32,000 nucleotides of DNA, taken from the NCBI RefSeq assembly GCF_000018785.1, contig NC_010163.1:600001-632000 (forward strand), read 5' to 3'. The stretch's first letter is position 1; the number at the start of each line of letters is the position of its first letter. The notes below the pieces were generated by a model that was not told where the DNA came from, ran no database searches, and saw only the letters and a list, made by a program, of their open reading frames with translations. Below, piece by piece: positions 1 through 8,807 of this stretch. The stretch comes from Acholeplasma laidlawii PG-8A (GTDB lineage: Bacteria; Bacillota_I; Bacilli_A; Acholeplasmatales; Acholeplasmataceae). The translations under genes and the position numbers were made by a program.

Positions 1-218
1 TAGATTAAATCAAGAGTTCTTTGGATGTAACCATCAATTGCATTTTCTATAGGTAATACTAAGTAGTCAGCACCTAAAAGGGCTTTAAAGGCGCTATCAA
101 TGCTATGCTCATAACTTATATCGACATCTAAATTAAGTTCTTTAATAAACTTTGTTGATGAAAGACTAGAGAAATTTAAGTGTGAACCGAGTGTTATAAG
201 TTTTGCCATAGCTATCAT
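1..218 (-). CDS. N-terminal part of a prephenate-dehydratase-like protein, truncated by window edge
   Basis: Reverse strand from ATG at 218 (or 209) reads MIAMAKLITLGSHLNFSSLSSTKFIKELNLDVDISYEHSIDSAFKALLGADYLVLPIENAIDGYIQRTLDLI; the VLPIENAIDGYI segment resembles the PIENS..G motif of prephenate dehydratases. Confidence 0.5.
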   Translation of the reverse strand, partial: MIAMAKLITLGSHLNFSSLSSTKFIKELNLDVDISYEHSIDSAFKALLGADYLVLPIENAIDGYIQRTLDLI

Positions 219-302
219 TTTCCTGTTGTGTAGTCGTGAATTTGTGTTAAATTCTTATATATTATACCACAATTTGCCTAAAAATGCATATTGATGGAAA
301 TT

Positions 303-318
303 ATTTCGAATTCGAAAT
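303..318. promoter_or_regulatory. Perfect 16-bp palindrome ATTTCGAATTCGAAAT abutting a TATAAT -10-like box (318-323); likely operator of the MarR/MhqR-type regulator encoded in the operon
   Basis: Palindrome read directly; sits just upstream of the first dioxygenase RBS (aaaagagg 333-340). Confidence 0.65.
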
Positions 319-348
319 ATAATGTAACCATGAAAAGAGGTAATGTAT

Positions 349-1542
349 ATGAAAATACAAGGGATACATCATATTTCAACCATTGTATGGCATGCACAAG
401 AAAATGTTGATTTCTATGCAGGTGTATTAGGATTAAAATTAATTAAGAGAACTTTAAACTTTGATGATCACAATGTGTATCATCTATATTATGGAAATCA
501 CAATGCAGATTTAGGTACAGCAATCACATTCTTTCCATGGCCAAAACACTATAAAGAAGGTATGGTTGGAGATGGACAAGTTGGTGTAACAAGTTACATG
601 GTACCAGCGGGTTCATTAGATTATTGGAAAGAAAGACTTACTAAATTCAATGTATCATTCGAAGCACAAGAAAGATTAGGAAATAAGTTTTTAAGATTTA
701 GCGATCCTCATGGCATTAAAAATGAATTAATTGAATCTGATGAAGGTGACCAAAACTTATTTGAATTTAATGGTGTTACAAAAGATGTAGCAATTAAAGG
801 TTTTTACGGGGCACTTATGTATTCATCTAACTATAAAGGCACTGTAGAACACTTAACTAACGATTTAGGATTAACTTTTGTCAAAGAAGATGATGACTAT
901 ATCAGACTAGATACAGGACGTACGCTTGGTAGATATGTAGATATTTATAAACATAAGACTGGACGTTCTAGTATGGGCGCTGGTTCTGTTCACCATATTG
1001 CTTTTGGTGTTGAAGCATCTGAAATTGAAACTTGGAAAACTAACTTAGAAGCTAAAGGATTTACAATTACTGGTGTTAAGGATAGAAAATTCTTTAAATC
1101 ACTATATTATAGAGAACCAGGTGGTGTAATTATTGAACTTGCAACACTTACTCCAGGATTTGAAATGGATAGTGAATATAAAGAAGCACCAGATCTCTAT
1201 ATGCCACCACATTATATGCACTTAAAAGATGAAGTGGAAGCAAAACTCATGCCACTCTTTATTAGAAACATTGATAGTCTTTATGAGTATCCTTATCAAA
1301 ACAAGGAAGAATATGAACGCTGGAAGGCACATCAAGATTTATTGAATAAAATTAATTATTATGCTAAAGAAGCCAAACTAAGAACATTAACAGATGAAGA
1401 AATTGAAGAACGACAAGAACTTAGACACAAATATGTTAAAAGCATTCGTGGTGCAATTCAAAACAATCTGGAAAATATAAGAGTTGAAGATGAAGATGGA
1501 AACTTCCAAGAACTTAATAGAAAAGAAGGTAATGTACAATGA
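349..1542 (+). CDS. VOC/glyoxalase-family ring-cleaving dioxygenase (MhqO/MhqE-like)
   Basis: ORF track 343..1542; start at 349 fits RBS spacing better. MKIQGIHHISTIVWHAQENVDFYAGVLGLKLIKRTLNFDD is a typical VOC N-terminus; HHIAFGV in second module. Confidence 0.88.
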   Translation: MKIQGIHHISTIVWHAQENVDFYAGVLGLKLIKRTLNFDDHNVYHLYYGNHNADLGTAITFFPWPKHYKEGMVGDGQVGVTSYMVPAGSLDYWKERLTKFNVSFEAQERLGNKFLRFSDPHGIKNELIESDEGDQNLFEFNGVTKDVAIKGFYGALMYSSNYKGTVEHLTNDLGLTFVKEDDDYIRLDTGRTLGRYVDIYKHKTGRSSMGAGSVHHIAFGVEASEIETWKTNLEAKGFTITGVKDRKFFKSLYYREPGGVIIELATLTPGFEMDSEYKEAPDLYMPPHYMHLKDEVEAKLMPLFIRNIDSLYEYPYQNKEEYERWKAHQDLLNKINYYAKEAKLRTLTDEEIEERQELRHKYVKSIRGAIQNNLENIRVEDEDGNFQELNRKEGNVQ

Positions 1543-2525
1543 CGAATCTATTAGGTATTCACCATATTACTGCAATTACTAGCAGTGCTCCAAAAATCTA
1601 TGATTTTTATACAAATGTATTAGGTTTAAGATTAGTAAAGAAAACTGTGAATCAAGATGATATTAATACCTATCACTTATTCTTTGCAGATGATAAAGGA
1701 AGTCCTGGTACTGACATTACTTTCTTTGATTTTAAAGGTATTCCTCAAGCTAGACATGGTGTGAATGAAATATCAAGAAGTGGCTTTAGAGTTCCTAGTG
1801 ATGAGGCATTAAACTATTGGATCAAACGATTTGATAAGTATGATGTAAAACACACAGGTATTCGTACAGTATTTGGAAGAAAAGCAATTTACTTCAATGA
1901 TTTTGACGGACAACCTTATGCACTATTTTCTGATGAAGGTATTCCAGGTGTTAAGCCTGGTACACCTTGGCTAAAAGGACCAGTACCTAATGAATTTGGT
2001 ATTTATGGATTAGGACCAGTGTATTTTACAGTAAACCGCTTAGAATCTATGAAAAACATTTTAGAAGGCGTATTTAATATCAAAGAAGTGAAAAATGAAG
2101 GTTCTCTACACCTATTTGAAATGGGTGAAGGTGGAAATGGTGCATCAGTTATTGTTGAAGAAAGTCTACTATTACCTCCAGGTACTCAAGGTTATGGTGG
2201 TGTACACCACGTAGCATTTAGAGTAGATACGAGACAATCACTAGATGCATGGGCAAATCATTTAACTAAATTAGGTGCACCACACTCTGGTTATGTTGAT
2301 CGTTACTACTTTGAATCTGTATATACAAGATTGTATCCAGGTATCTTATTTGAACTAGCAACCGATGAACCGGGTTTTATTGACCATGAAGAAACTTATG
2401 ACATATTAGGTGAAAAGCTCGCTTTACCACCAGCATTTATTAATAAAAGAGCCTATGTTGAAAGTGTTGTTAAACATTTTGATACTGTACGTAGCACCAA
2501 AGCATTTGAAAAAGAATATTTATAG
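1539..2525 (+). CDS. VOC/glyoxalase-family ring-cleaving dioxygenase, paralogue of upstream gene
   Basis: MTNLLGIHHITAITSSAPKIYDFYTNVLGLRLVKKTVNQDD...HHVAFRVD; translationally coupled to upstream ORF. Confidence 0.88.
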   Translation: MTNLLGIHHITAITSSAPKIYDFYTNVLGLRLVKKTVNQDDINTYHLFFADDKGSPGTDITFFDFKGIPQARHGVNEISRSGFRVPSDEALNYWIKRFDKYDVKHTGIRTVFGRKAIYFNDFDGQPYALFSDEGIPGVKPGTPWLKGPVPNEFGIYGLGPVYFTVNRLESMKNILEGVFNIKEVKNEGSLHLFEMGEGGNGASVIVEESLLLPPGTQGYGGVHHVAFRVDTRQSLDAWANHLTKLGAPHSGYVDRYYFESVYTRLYPGILFELATDEPGFIDHEETYDILGEKLALPPAFINKRAYVESVVKHFDTVRSTKAFEKEYL

Positions 2526-2534
2526 GAGAAAACT

Positions 2535-2981
2535 ATGCTAGAAACTGATAATTTAAAGACGATGCGCATTTTATTTAGAGCAGTTCAGTCGGTTGAACAT
2601 ATTGTAAAAAAAGATGTTAAAAACTATAACTTAACTGTAAATGAATTTGCAGCATTAGAAGCACTCTATCAAAAGGGTAGAGTCTCTGTAAACACCATGT
2701 GTCAAATGGTTTTAATACCAAACTCCTCAATGACTTATGTGTTAGATAAACTAGAAGAAAAAAGTTATATTACACGTACTCAAGACCCAGATGATAAAAG
2801 AACCTTTTATGTAGAACTTAGCACAGAGGGTAAAAAGTATGCTGATGAGATCTTACCTAAACACTATAAGGTTATGAATCAAGTATTTTCTATTCTTACT
2901 AAAGAAGAACAGGAGTTACTTAATCAAACTTTAAAGAAATTAGGTTATCACGCCATAGATATGGAGGAATTAATTAAATGA
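2535..2981 (+). CDS. MarR-family transcriptional regulator (MhqR-like)
   Basis: winged-helix pattern LTVNEFAALEALYQKGRVSVNTMCQMVLIPNSSMTYVLDKLEEKSYITRTQDPDDKRTFYVELS. Confidence 0.88.
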   Translation: MLETDNLKTMRILFRAVQSVEHIVKKDVKNYNLTVNEFAALEALYQKGRVSVNTMCQMVLIPNSSMTYVLDKLEEKSYITRTQDPDDKRTFYVELSTEGKKYADEILPKHYKVMNQVFSILTKEEQELLNQTLKKLGYHAIDMEELIK

Positions 2982-3571
2982 AACATATCTTTTTAGATAA
3001 AAAAAGTGAATATACATTTTTAGCACTACATGGTACAGGTGGTGATGAAAACGATCTAGTGCCACTAGTAAATTACTTAAACCCTACTTTTAACATATTA
3101 TCACCACGTGGTAATGTGAGTGAACAAGGTATGAACAGATTCTTTAAAAGATATGGTATGGGTAACTATGATATCGAAAACTTAGAAGTTGAGACAAATA
3201 ATCTCAATGAGTTTATTAGTCTAAGCATAACAAATTATGGACTTGATCAAAGTAAGATGGTAGGTTTAGGATTTTCTAATGGTGCAAATATTTTAGAATC
3301 ACTTCTGCAACTTAATGGACCAATTTTAAAGAAAGTTGTACTACTAAGTCCAGTATTTTTACAACCTGATAAACCGTTTAAAGATTTAACTGGTGTAGAT
3401 ATCTATATTGCAACATCAGATAATGATCCTTATGTTAAAAATAAGGAAAACGATAAGCTCGTTGATGCATTAAAAGCTACACATGCAAATGTATATGTAA
3501 ATAAGCATCACGGTGGTCACCAAATTAATCAAGCAATTCTAGAAGATTTAAAAAAATGGTTGACGAAATAA
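2978..3571 (+). CDS. phospholipase/carboxylesterase family alpha/beta hydrolase (MhqD-like)
   Basis: LHGTGGDENDL, GFSNGA, GGHQ motifs; coupled to the MarR gene. Confidence 0.85.
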   Translation: MKHIFLDKKSEYTFLALHGTGGDENDLVPLVNYLNPTFNILSPRGNVSEQGMNRFFKRYGMGNYDIENLEVETNNLNEFISLSITNYGLDQSKMVGLGFSNGANILESLLQLNGPILKKVVLLSPVFLQPDKPFKDLTGVDIYIATSDNDPYVKNKENDKLVDALKATHANVYVNKHHGGHQINQAILEDLKKWLTK

Positions 3572-3577
3572 ACGTTT

Positions 3578-3600
3578 AAAGAGCCAAAAAGGCTCTTTTT
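3578..3600 (+). terminator. Rho-independent terminator
   Basis: AAAGAGCC-AAAAA-GGCTCTTT followed by TT, just after stop codon. Confidence 0.85.
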
Positions 3601-3639
3601 CGTTTATAATAGTAATAGATTAAAAAAGGAAGTATTTAA

Positions 3640-4089
3640 ATGATTATTTACATGCCCAATAAGAGTTTGTGGAAATTTATAGGTATTTTAACACCGTTTA
3701 ATTTACTATCTATTGTACTAGTAGTATTAAGTGTCATGTATGATAATGATCCCCTACTTACTATCACAACAATATTCATTTTACTCATTATTTTAGTATT
3801 TAGCTTAGGTAGTAGAATTATTAGAAAAGATAATGTGATTCTAACCAAAGAGGGTATCTCATTTGGTTTAAAGGATAAAGATACAAGTTATCTTAAAATG
3901 CTATTTCTACAATTTGAAAAGGATAGTACACGCTTTGTTGATATCATTAAATATAGTTATGATGACAAATCAAAGTTACTTACATTACACACTAAACAAG
4001 GTATTAAACATATCGAATTAAAACATTTTACATCTAAAGTAGTACAAAAGATTACTACATATGTAGATGAAAGGATAAATCATGGTTAA
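3640..4089 (+). CDS. small two-TM hypothetical membrane protein (PH-like domain possible)
   Basis: Two hydrophobic helices near N-terminus followed by ...RIIRKDNVILTKEGISFGLKD. Confidence 0.6.
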   Translation: MIIYMPNKSLWKFIGILTPFNLLSIVLVVLSVMYDNDPLLTITTIFILLIILVFSLGSRIIRKDNVILTKEGISFGLKDKDTSYLKMLFLQFEKDSTRFVDIIKYSYDDKSKLLTLHTKQGIKHIELKHFTSKVVQKITTYVDERINHG

Positions 4090-4498
4090 AGAAGTATCTG
4101 CAGGTGCAGTCGTATATACAAAAGTAGACGATCAATATCTATTTTTAATGATTCAAAATAAAAATGGAAATCATTTTTCATTTCCTAAGGGTCATGTAGA
4201 AAAAAATGAATCCATTATGGATACAGCAAAAAGAGAAGTGAGTGAAGAAACTGGTATTCTTTATGAGATTGCTTCAAATAAAATGGAAACTATTACATAC
4301 TTAATGCCAACTGGTATTTATAAAGATGTATATTACTTTTTAGGTCAAGCATTAAACCATAAAATCACCCAACAAGAATCCGAGGTTTTACATGCTGGTT
4401 GGTACAACTATGATCAAGTATTAAAATACTTAACATATGATAATGATAAAATCGCCTTTATTAAACTGACCAAAGAATTAAATAAGGATATAAAATGA
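4082..4498 (+). CDS. NUDIX hydrolase
   Basis: Nudix box GHVEKNESIMDTAKREVSEETGI. Confidence 0.9.
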   Translation: MVKEVSAGAVVYTKVDDQYLFLMIQNKNGNHFSFPKGHVEKNESIMDTAKREVSEETGILYEIASNKMETITYLMPTGIYKDVYYFLGQALNHKITQQESEVLHAGWYNYDQVLKYLTYDNDKIAFIKLTKELNKDIK

Positions 4499-5637
4499 GT
4501 AAAGATTATAATGATGATATAGCATTTGATACATTAGATACGACAGCTTTTGAACAAATGCCTTATAAAGAACAACTGCAAGTAAAAGAAAAATACATAA
4601 AATCTCTTTTTAATAGAGAATTTTTACCAATAGTACCTAATCCTGTACCTAGAGGTTATAGACATAAAGCGGTGTTATCTGCAACCAATGTCAATGTGAA
4701 TAATAACCAACAAATACGTTTAGGTTTATTTATTGAAGGCACTACAAAAATTAAACCTAAACTAGGTCATTTTTTACATGATAAAGAAATAGATTTAGTA
4801 TTTGAAACAGTTGAAAAACTTCTTATTAAATATAAACATAAAGCCTATGCTAAAAATTACCGACAAGGAATTATTAAGCATGTTATGATTAGAAAATCAT
4901 TTAAAACAGGTGATTTAATGGTTATCTTTTCTACCCAATTAAATAATTTTCCAAATCATAAAAAGATTGTAAATGAGCTGATTGCACTACACCCAAATGT
5001 AAAAACTGTGATTCAAAATATCCATAAAAAAGACTCTAAGTTTGTCTTACTAGAAGAACAACGTATTTTATATGGTAAAGGCTTTATCATCGATAGTATC
5101 GGTGATATAGATTTTAAGATATCTGCTAATGCATTCTATCAAATTAATCCGATGCAAATGTTCAATTTATATGATAAGGTTTTTGAGTTTGCAGGCATTG
5201 AAAAAACAGATGTAGTCATAGATGCCTATTCTGGAATTGGTACGATCACACTACTAGCATCTAAATATGCTAAAAAAGTATATGGTTTAGAAATTAACCC
5301 CGCATCTCATAAAGATGCTATTGATAACAAACGTATGAATCAAATTACTAACGCAGAATTTATTTTAGGTGATGTGGAACACACACTTGAAAACTTTACT
5401 GACAAGGTAGATACATTAATTATGGACCCAGCAAGAGATGGTGCAAGTCTTAAATTTATCCAAACAGTATTAAAACTAAAACCTAAAAAAATAGTGTATG
5501 TATCATGTAATCCGGATACTCAAGAAAGAGATTATAAGCAATTAAGAAACTTTTATAATCTAACCAAAATATTACCATTTGATATGTTTAGTTACACACC
5601 ACACGTTGAAAACATCGTATTGCTCGAATTAAAATAG
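4495..5637 (+). CDS. rlmD: TrmA/RlmCD-family 23S rRNA (uracil-5-)-methyltransferase; C-terminal codons contributed by the inserted island
   Basis: VVIDAYSGIGTITLLASKYAKKVYGLEI, MDPARDG, YVSCNPDTQERD motifs; C-terminal HVENIVLLELK. Confidence 0.85.
   Translation: MSKDYNDDIAFDTLDTTAFEQMPYKEQLQVKEKYIKSLFNREFLPIVPNPVPRGYRHKAVLSATNVNVNNNQQIRLGLFIEGTTKIKPKLGHFLHDKEIDLVFETVEKLLIKYKHKAYAKNYRQGIIKHVMIRKSFKTGDLMVIFSTQLNNFPNHKKIVNELIALHPNVKTVIQNIHKKDSKFVLLEEQRILYGKGFIIDSIGDIDFKISANAFYQINPMQMFNLYDKVFEFAGIEKTDVVIDAYSGIGTITLLASKYAKKVYGLEINPASHKDAIDNKRMNQITNAEFILGDVEHTLENFTDKVDTLIMDPARDGASLKFIQTVLKLKPKKIVYVSCNPDTQERDYKQLRNFYNLTKILPFDMFSYTPHVENIVLLELK
5602..5624 (+). repeat. Left copy of 23-bp direct repeat CACGTTGAAAACATCGTATTGCT (attL-like)
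   Basis: Exact match to 14420-14442. Confidence 0.9.
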
Positions 5638-5668
5638 CCTTATAAAGCCATCAAGTAGACAATCAAGA

Positions 5669-5700
5669 AGCCGTATTCCAGCGAATACGGCTCATTTTTT
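5669..5700 (+). terminator. Rho-independent terminator after methyltransferase gene
   Basis: AGCCGTATTC-CAGC-GAATACGGCT then CATTTTTT. Confidence 0.85.
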
Positions 5701-5728
5701 GAAATTTATACGAAAACATATCAAAAAT

Positions 5729-5745
5729 ATGTTACTTCAATACAC
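5729..5745 (+). repeat. 17-bp direct repeat ATGTTACTTCAATACAC, left copy
   Basis: Exact match at 14365-14381, inside the 23-bp repeats. Confidence 0.8.
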
Positions 5746-5783
5746 CACTCAAAATGGCACCTAGTACATGTAAACATAGAAAA

Positions 5784-7107
5784 TTGAACTGATACCAAAA
5801 AGTTGTACTTTGTGTATAATACAAGTATATGCAAGAGGTATCAAATGAAGGATAAAAAGAGAAAGAATAGATTATGGAGTGGAGCATTCAAGTTAAAAGT
5901 CGTCATAGATATCATTGAAAATGAACTCTCATACAGTCAAGCAGCACGTAAATATGATATGTATTTAACATCAGGGAGTCTAAATGATACACTACCTGCT
6001 AGATGGGTATATCAGTATAGACTCTTTGGGAAAGAGCGTTTCTTTCAAACACCTAAAGATTACCGTAAGAATCCAGTTAGAAATTTCCATACACCATCCA
6101 AAGAGGTAGAACAAATTTTAGAACTTAAAGTGAAACACTTAGAAATGGAACTTGAATACTAGAAAATTACTTATTGCCAAAGTTTAAGAAACAGGAACAA
6201 ACAAGCAAAAATACCAAGTAGTCAAGGAACTAAGGCGAAAGTATGCATTGAAAGATCTATCTTCTAATATCAGGACTTCCCAAATCTGTTTATTACTACT
6301 ATGAACATCATAAGAAGACAGATAAATATCACGATATAAAGATACTGATATCAAAAATATTTGAAGCGAGTAATCGCACATATGGCTATAGGCGTATTAA
6401 ACTCGCCCTTCAAAACTTCTATCAAGTCAAAATAGCGTATAAGACAGTTGTAAAGCTCATGAAAGAGCTACATATCGTTTGTAAGGTAAGAAAAAAGAGA
6501 TATCGTTATATCTCTCAAATATCAAACAAAATTACACCCAATCTACTTAAAAGAGACTTTAAAAAAGATGAACCTAATATTGCATGAGTCACAGATGTAT
6601 CAGAGTTTAGATTCAATCGTAAACGTTTATATCTATCTGTGATACAAGATCTTTACAATCGTGAAGTTAAAGCCTATCAAATCTCTAGAAGTCAAAACCA
6701 GGATTTGATTCTTAAAATTCTTAAGAAAGCAATCAACCCAAATGAGGATTTATCGAAGCTACTCATACACTCTGATCAAGGTATTTTATATCAATCCCTA
6801 AAATATCGTAACTACCTAAAAAAATCATCATTTGTGCAATCCATGAGTGCTAAAGGTAACGCCTATTAAATGTCAGTGTTTGAAAGCTTCTTCGGGACAC
6901 TTAAGTGTGAAACAATCTATTTACAGAAAGTTAAATCACTATCAGATTTGATTAAGACCATTGATGAGTATATTTATTGGTATAATCACCATCGTATTAA
7001 ATTGACACTTGGAGGCTATTGCCCAATACAATTTAGACTCATGAATCAACAAATATGATACAATAACTACAAAGAACATAAAGTACAAGAAAATGGTACC
7101 AGTTCAA
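5784..7107 (+). mobile_element. Degenerate IS3-family insertion sequence with imperfect 32-bp terminal inverted repeats
   Basis: Left end TTGAACTGATACCAAAAAGTTGTACTTTGTGT (5784-5815) versus reverse complement of 7076-7107 TTGAACTGGTACCATTTTCTTGTACTTTATGT (25/32 identical); internal ORF pieces encode IS3-type OrfA and OrfB fragments. Confidence 0.85.
5845..7058 (+). pseudogene. IS3-family transposase remnants (OrfA + rve-type OrfB) broken by several stops/frameshifts
   Basis: MKDKKRKNRLWSGAFKLKVVIDIIENELSYSQAARKYD (OrfA HTH), QVVKELRRKYALKDL, GYRRIKLAL, LIHSDQGILYQS, MSVFESFFGTLKCETIYLQKVKSLSDLIKTIDEYIYWYNHHRIKLTLGGYCPIQFR (DDE domain end) lie in different ORFs. Confidence 0.88.
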
Positions 7108-7122
7108 GATTGGATGGCATAA

Positions 7123-7377
7123 GCACTACCAGAAGAAATAGTATTAACAGCACTCCATGAGACAAGGCATGCATATCAAAAAGCAAATATTGACTTCCCA
7201 CAGTTTTTTGTGGGAAAAGAGACAGAAGAAACAGTTAATCAATGGAAGAAAGATTTTGAAAACTATAATAGACCATATGAAAATAATCTAGACGATTATG
7301 CGTCTCAATCTATAGAGAAAGATGCTACTGATTTTGCATGGAAGTTCATATTAAATTATAGAAATGCAGATAAATAG
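7123..7377 (+). pseudogene. 3' fragment of a gene encoding an HExxH (zincin-like) protein, 5' end lost
   Basis: Open frame without start: ALPEEIVLTALHETRHAYQKANIDFPQFFVGKETEETVNQWKKDFENYNRPYENNLDDYASQSIEKDATDFAWKFILNYRNADK*; abuts the IS right end. Confidence 0.6.
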
Positions 7378-7395
7378 ATTTCTTAATACGTTTTT

Positions 7396-8748
7396 ATGGG
7401 GGATAATATGTCTTTTAAAGATTGGAAAAAATTGAGTAACTTAATATTTGAAGGGAAAATAAATAAGCATAATTTTACGAGTTTTTTTAAGTATGATGTA
7501 ATTATGAAAGATATTGCCTTAAACATAAAGAAATATGGTTATTATACTTACGACGGAAGATTTGAAGATTGTGTAATCGATTTTCTATGCAAAAAGTATG
7601 TGTCACTTTCAACTGATTTTGATATAGATCTTATGGCAAAAGAGATTTCATTTCAACTAAGAAAACTAATAGTCCCAAATATAATCATTATTCCTTTAAA
7701 TCATTTGAATAGACTATATCTTCCCAATGAGTTAATTTTAGATGAAAATATTTCTATTTTTTCTATGAATGAAAAAGAATCAAAAATACGTAGAGATAAA
7801 TCACTTTTGTCAGAATACGTTGAAAAAAAGATTTTTTGTAAATTTGGTGCTGATCACATAGTCGTCACAAAAGATCCATATTTCTTTAACTATCCTATCA
7901 TGGCTATAAAAATAGAACACATTGATTATATAGTCGAACATGAAGCACCAAAAATTGTTGAATCAGTTTACAGTATCATGAGAATGTTGGACATAGACAA
8001 AGTAAGAGAGTCAACAGACCGTGGCTGGGGTGTAAGACATAGAGATCGTTTGCCAGAAGCTCATACATATACGGTTTACTATAAAGAAGCTGGTTCTGAT
8101 TTCAAAAATCTTAACGAAGGTGAATTAGGATACTCCTTTAGATTTAAATTTTCTCCAATATTAGATATTAATACTCAGTTATTGGTTGAAAACCAAAAAA
8201 AATACACGGAACTGCTGAACTTAGTAATTAATAATTCATTCATTGTAGAAGCAGACCATGATAAAAATGACTTCATAATTAGAAAAAAATGGGTGAATGC
8301 TATAAACATATTTAATACTGCTTATGAGTTTACCTCGATTGGTAAATTTGATTCGGCATTAATGCTGCTATTCTCTATTCTAGAATCACTATTCTTTAAA
8401 CTTGGTGAATATAATAAAAAGGATACTTTGATAGAACGCCTATTATTGTTTTTTAATGGAAAGAAATTAGACGTGGATATTAAAGAGTTAATGAAAGATG
8501 TTATTAAATATCGTAACGAATTTGTTCATCAAGCAATTGGATTAGAGCGATTTAAAACATATAGAAGCCTTAATGACAGAGAGGGCCATATTCAAGGACA
8601 GAAGCCATTTATACACGATGCTTGGTATCCAATGCCTGAAAAAGAGTTTAGGGACTTTAATTTGTTCATGAGACTGGTAATCAATATTTTAATTGATGAT
8701 CCAGAAATATTATATAATTTCTACATTAGTAATATTGATATATCGTAG
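7396..8748 (+). CDS. HEPN-domain protein (Apea-like), putative RNase component
   Basis: C-terminal region FDSALMLLFSILESLFFKLGEYNKKDTLIERLLLFF...ELMKDVIKYRNEFVHQAIGLE contains a canonical HEPN RNxxxH motif (RNEFVH, encoded at 8512-8529). Confidence 0.7.
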   Translation: MGDNMSFKDWKKLSNLIFEGKINKHNFTSFFKYDVIMKDIALNIKKYGYYTYDGRFEDCVIDFLCKKYVSLSTDFDIDLMAKEISFQLRKLIVPNIIIIPLNHLNRLYLPNELILDENISIFSMNEKESKIRRDKSLLSEYVEKKIFCKFGADHIVVTKDPYFFNYPIMAIKIEHIDYIVEHEAPKIVESVYSIMRMLDIDKVRESTDRGWGVRHRDRLPEAHTYTVYYKEAGSDFKNLNEGELGYSFRFKFSPILDINTQLLVENQKKYTELLNLVINNSFIVEADHDKNDFIIRKKWVNAINIFNTAYEFTSIGKFDSALMLLFSILESLFFKLGEYNKKDTLIERLLLFFNGKKLDVDIKELMKDVIKYRNEFVHQAIGLERFKTYRSLNDREGHIQGQKPFIHDAWYPMPEKEFRDFNLFMRLVINILIDDPEILYNFYISNIDIS

Positions 8749-8807
8749 TCAAGATATAGGTTTAACAAGCAATTAAGAATATGGATTTCTATTTTAAGGG
8801 GGAAGTT

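Noticed and set aside
5784-7107. Intact transposon hypothesis
   Set aside because: Inverted repeats are recognisable but the transposase is broken into several frames with stops (e.g. 6160-6380, 6585, 6867), so it is not autonomous.
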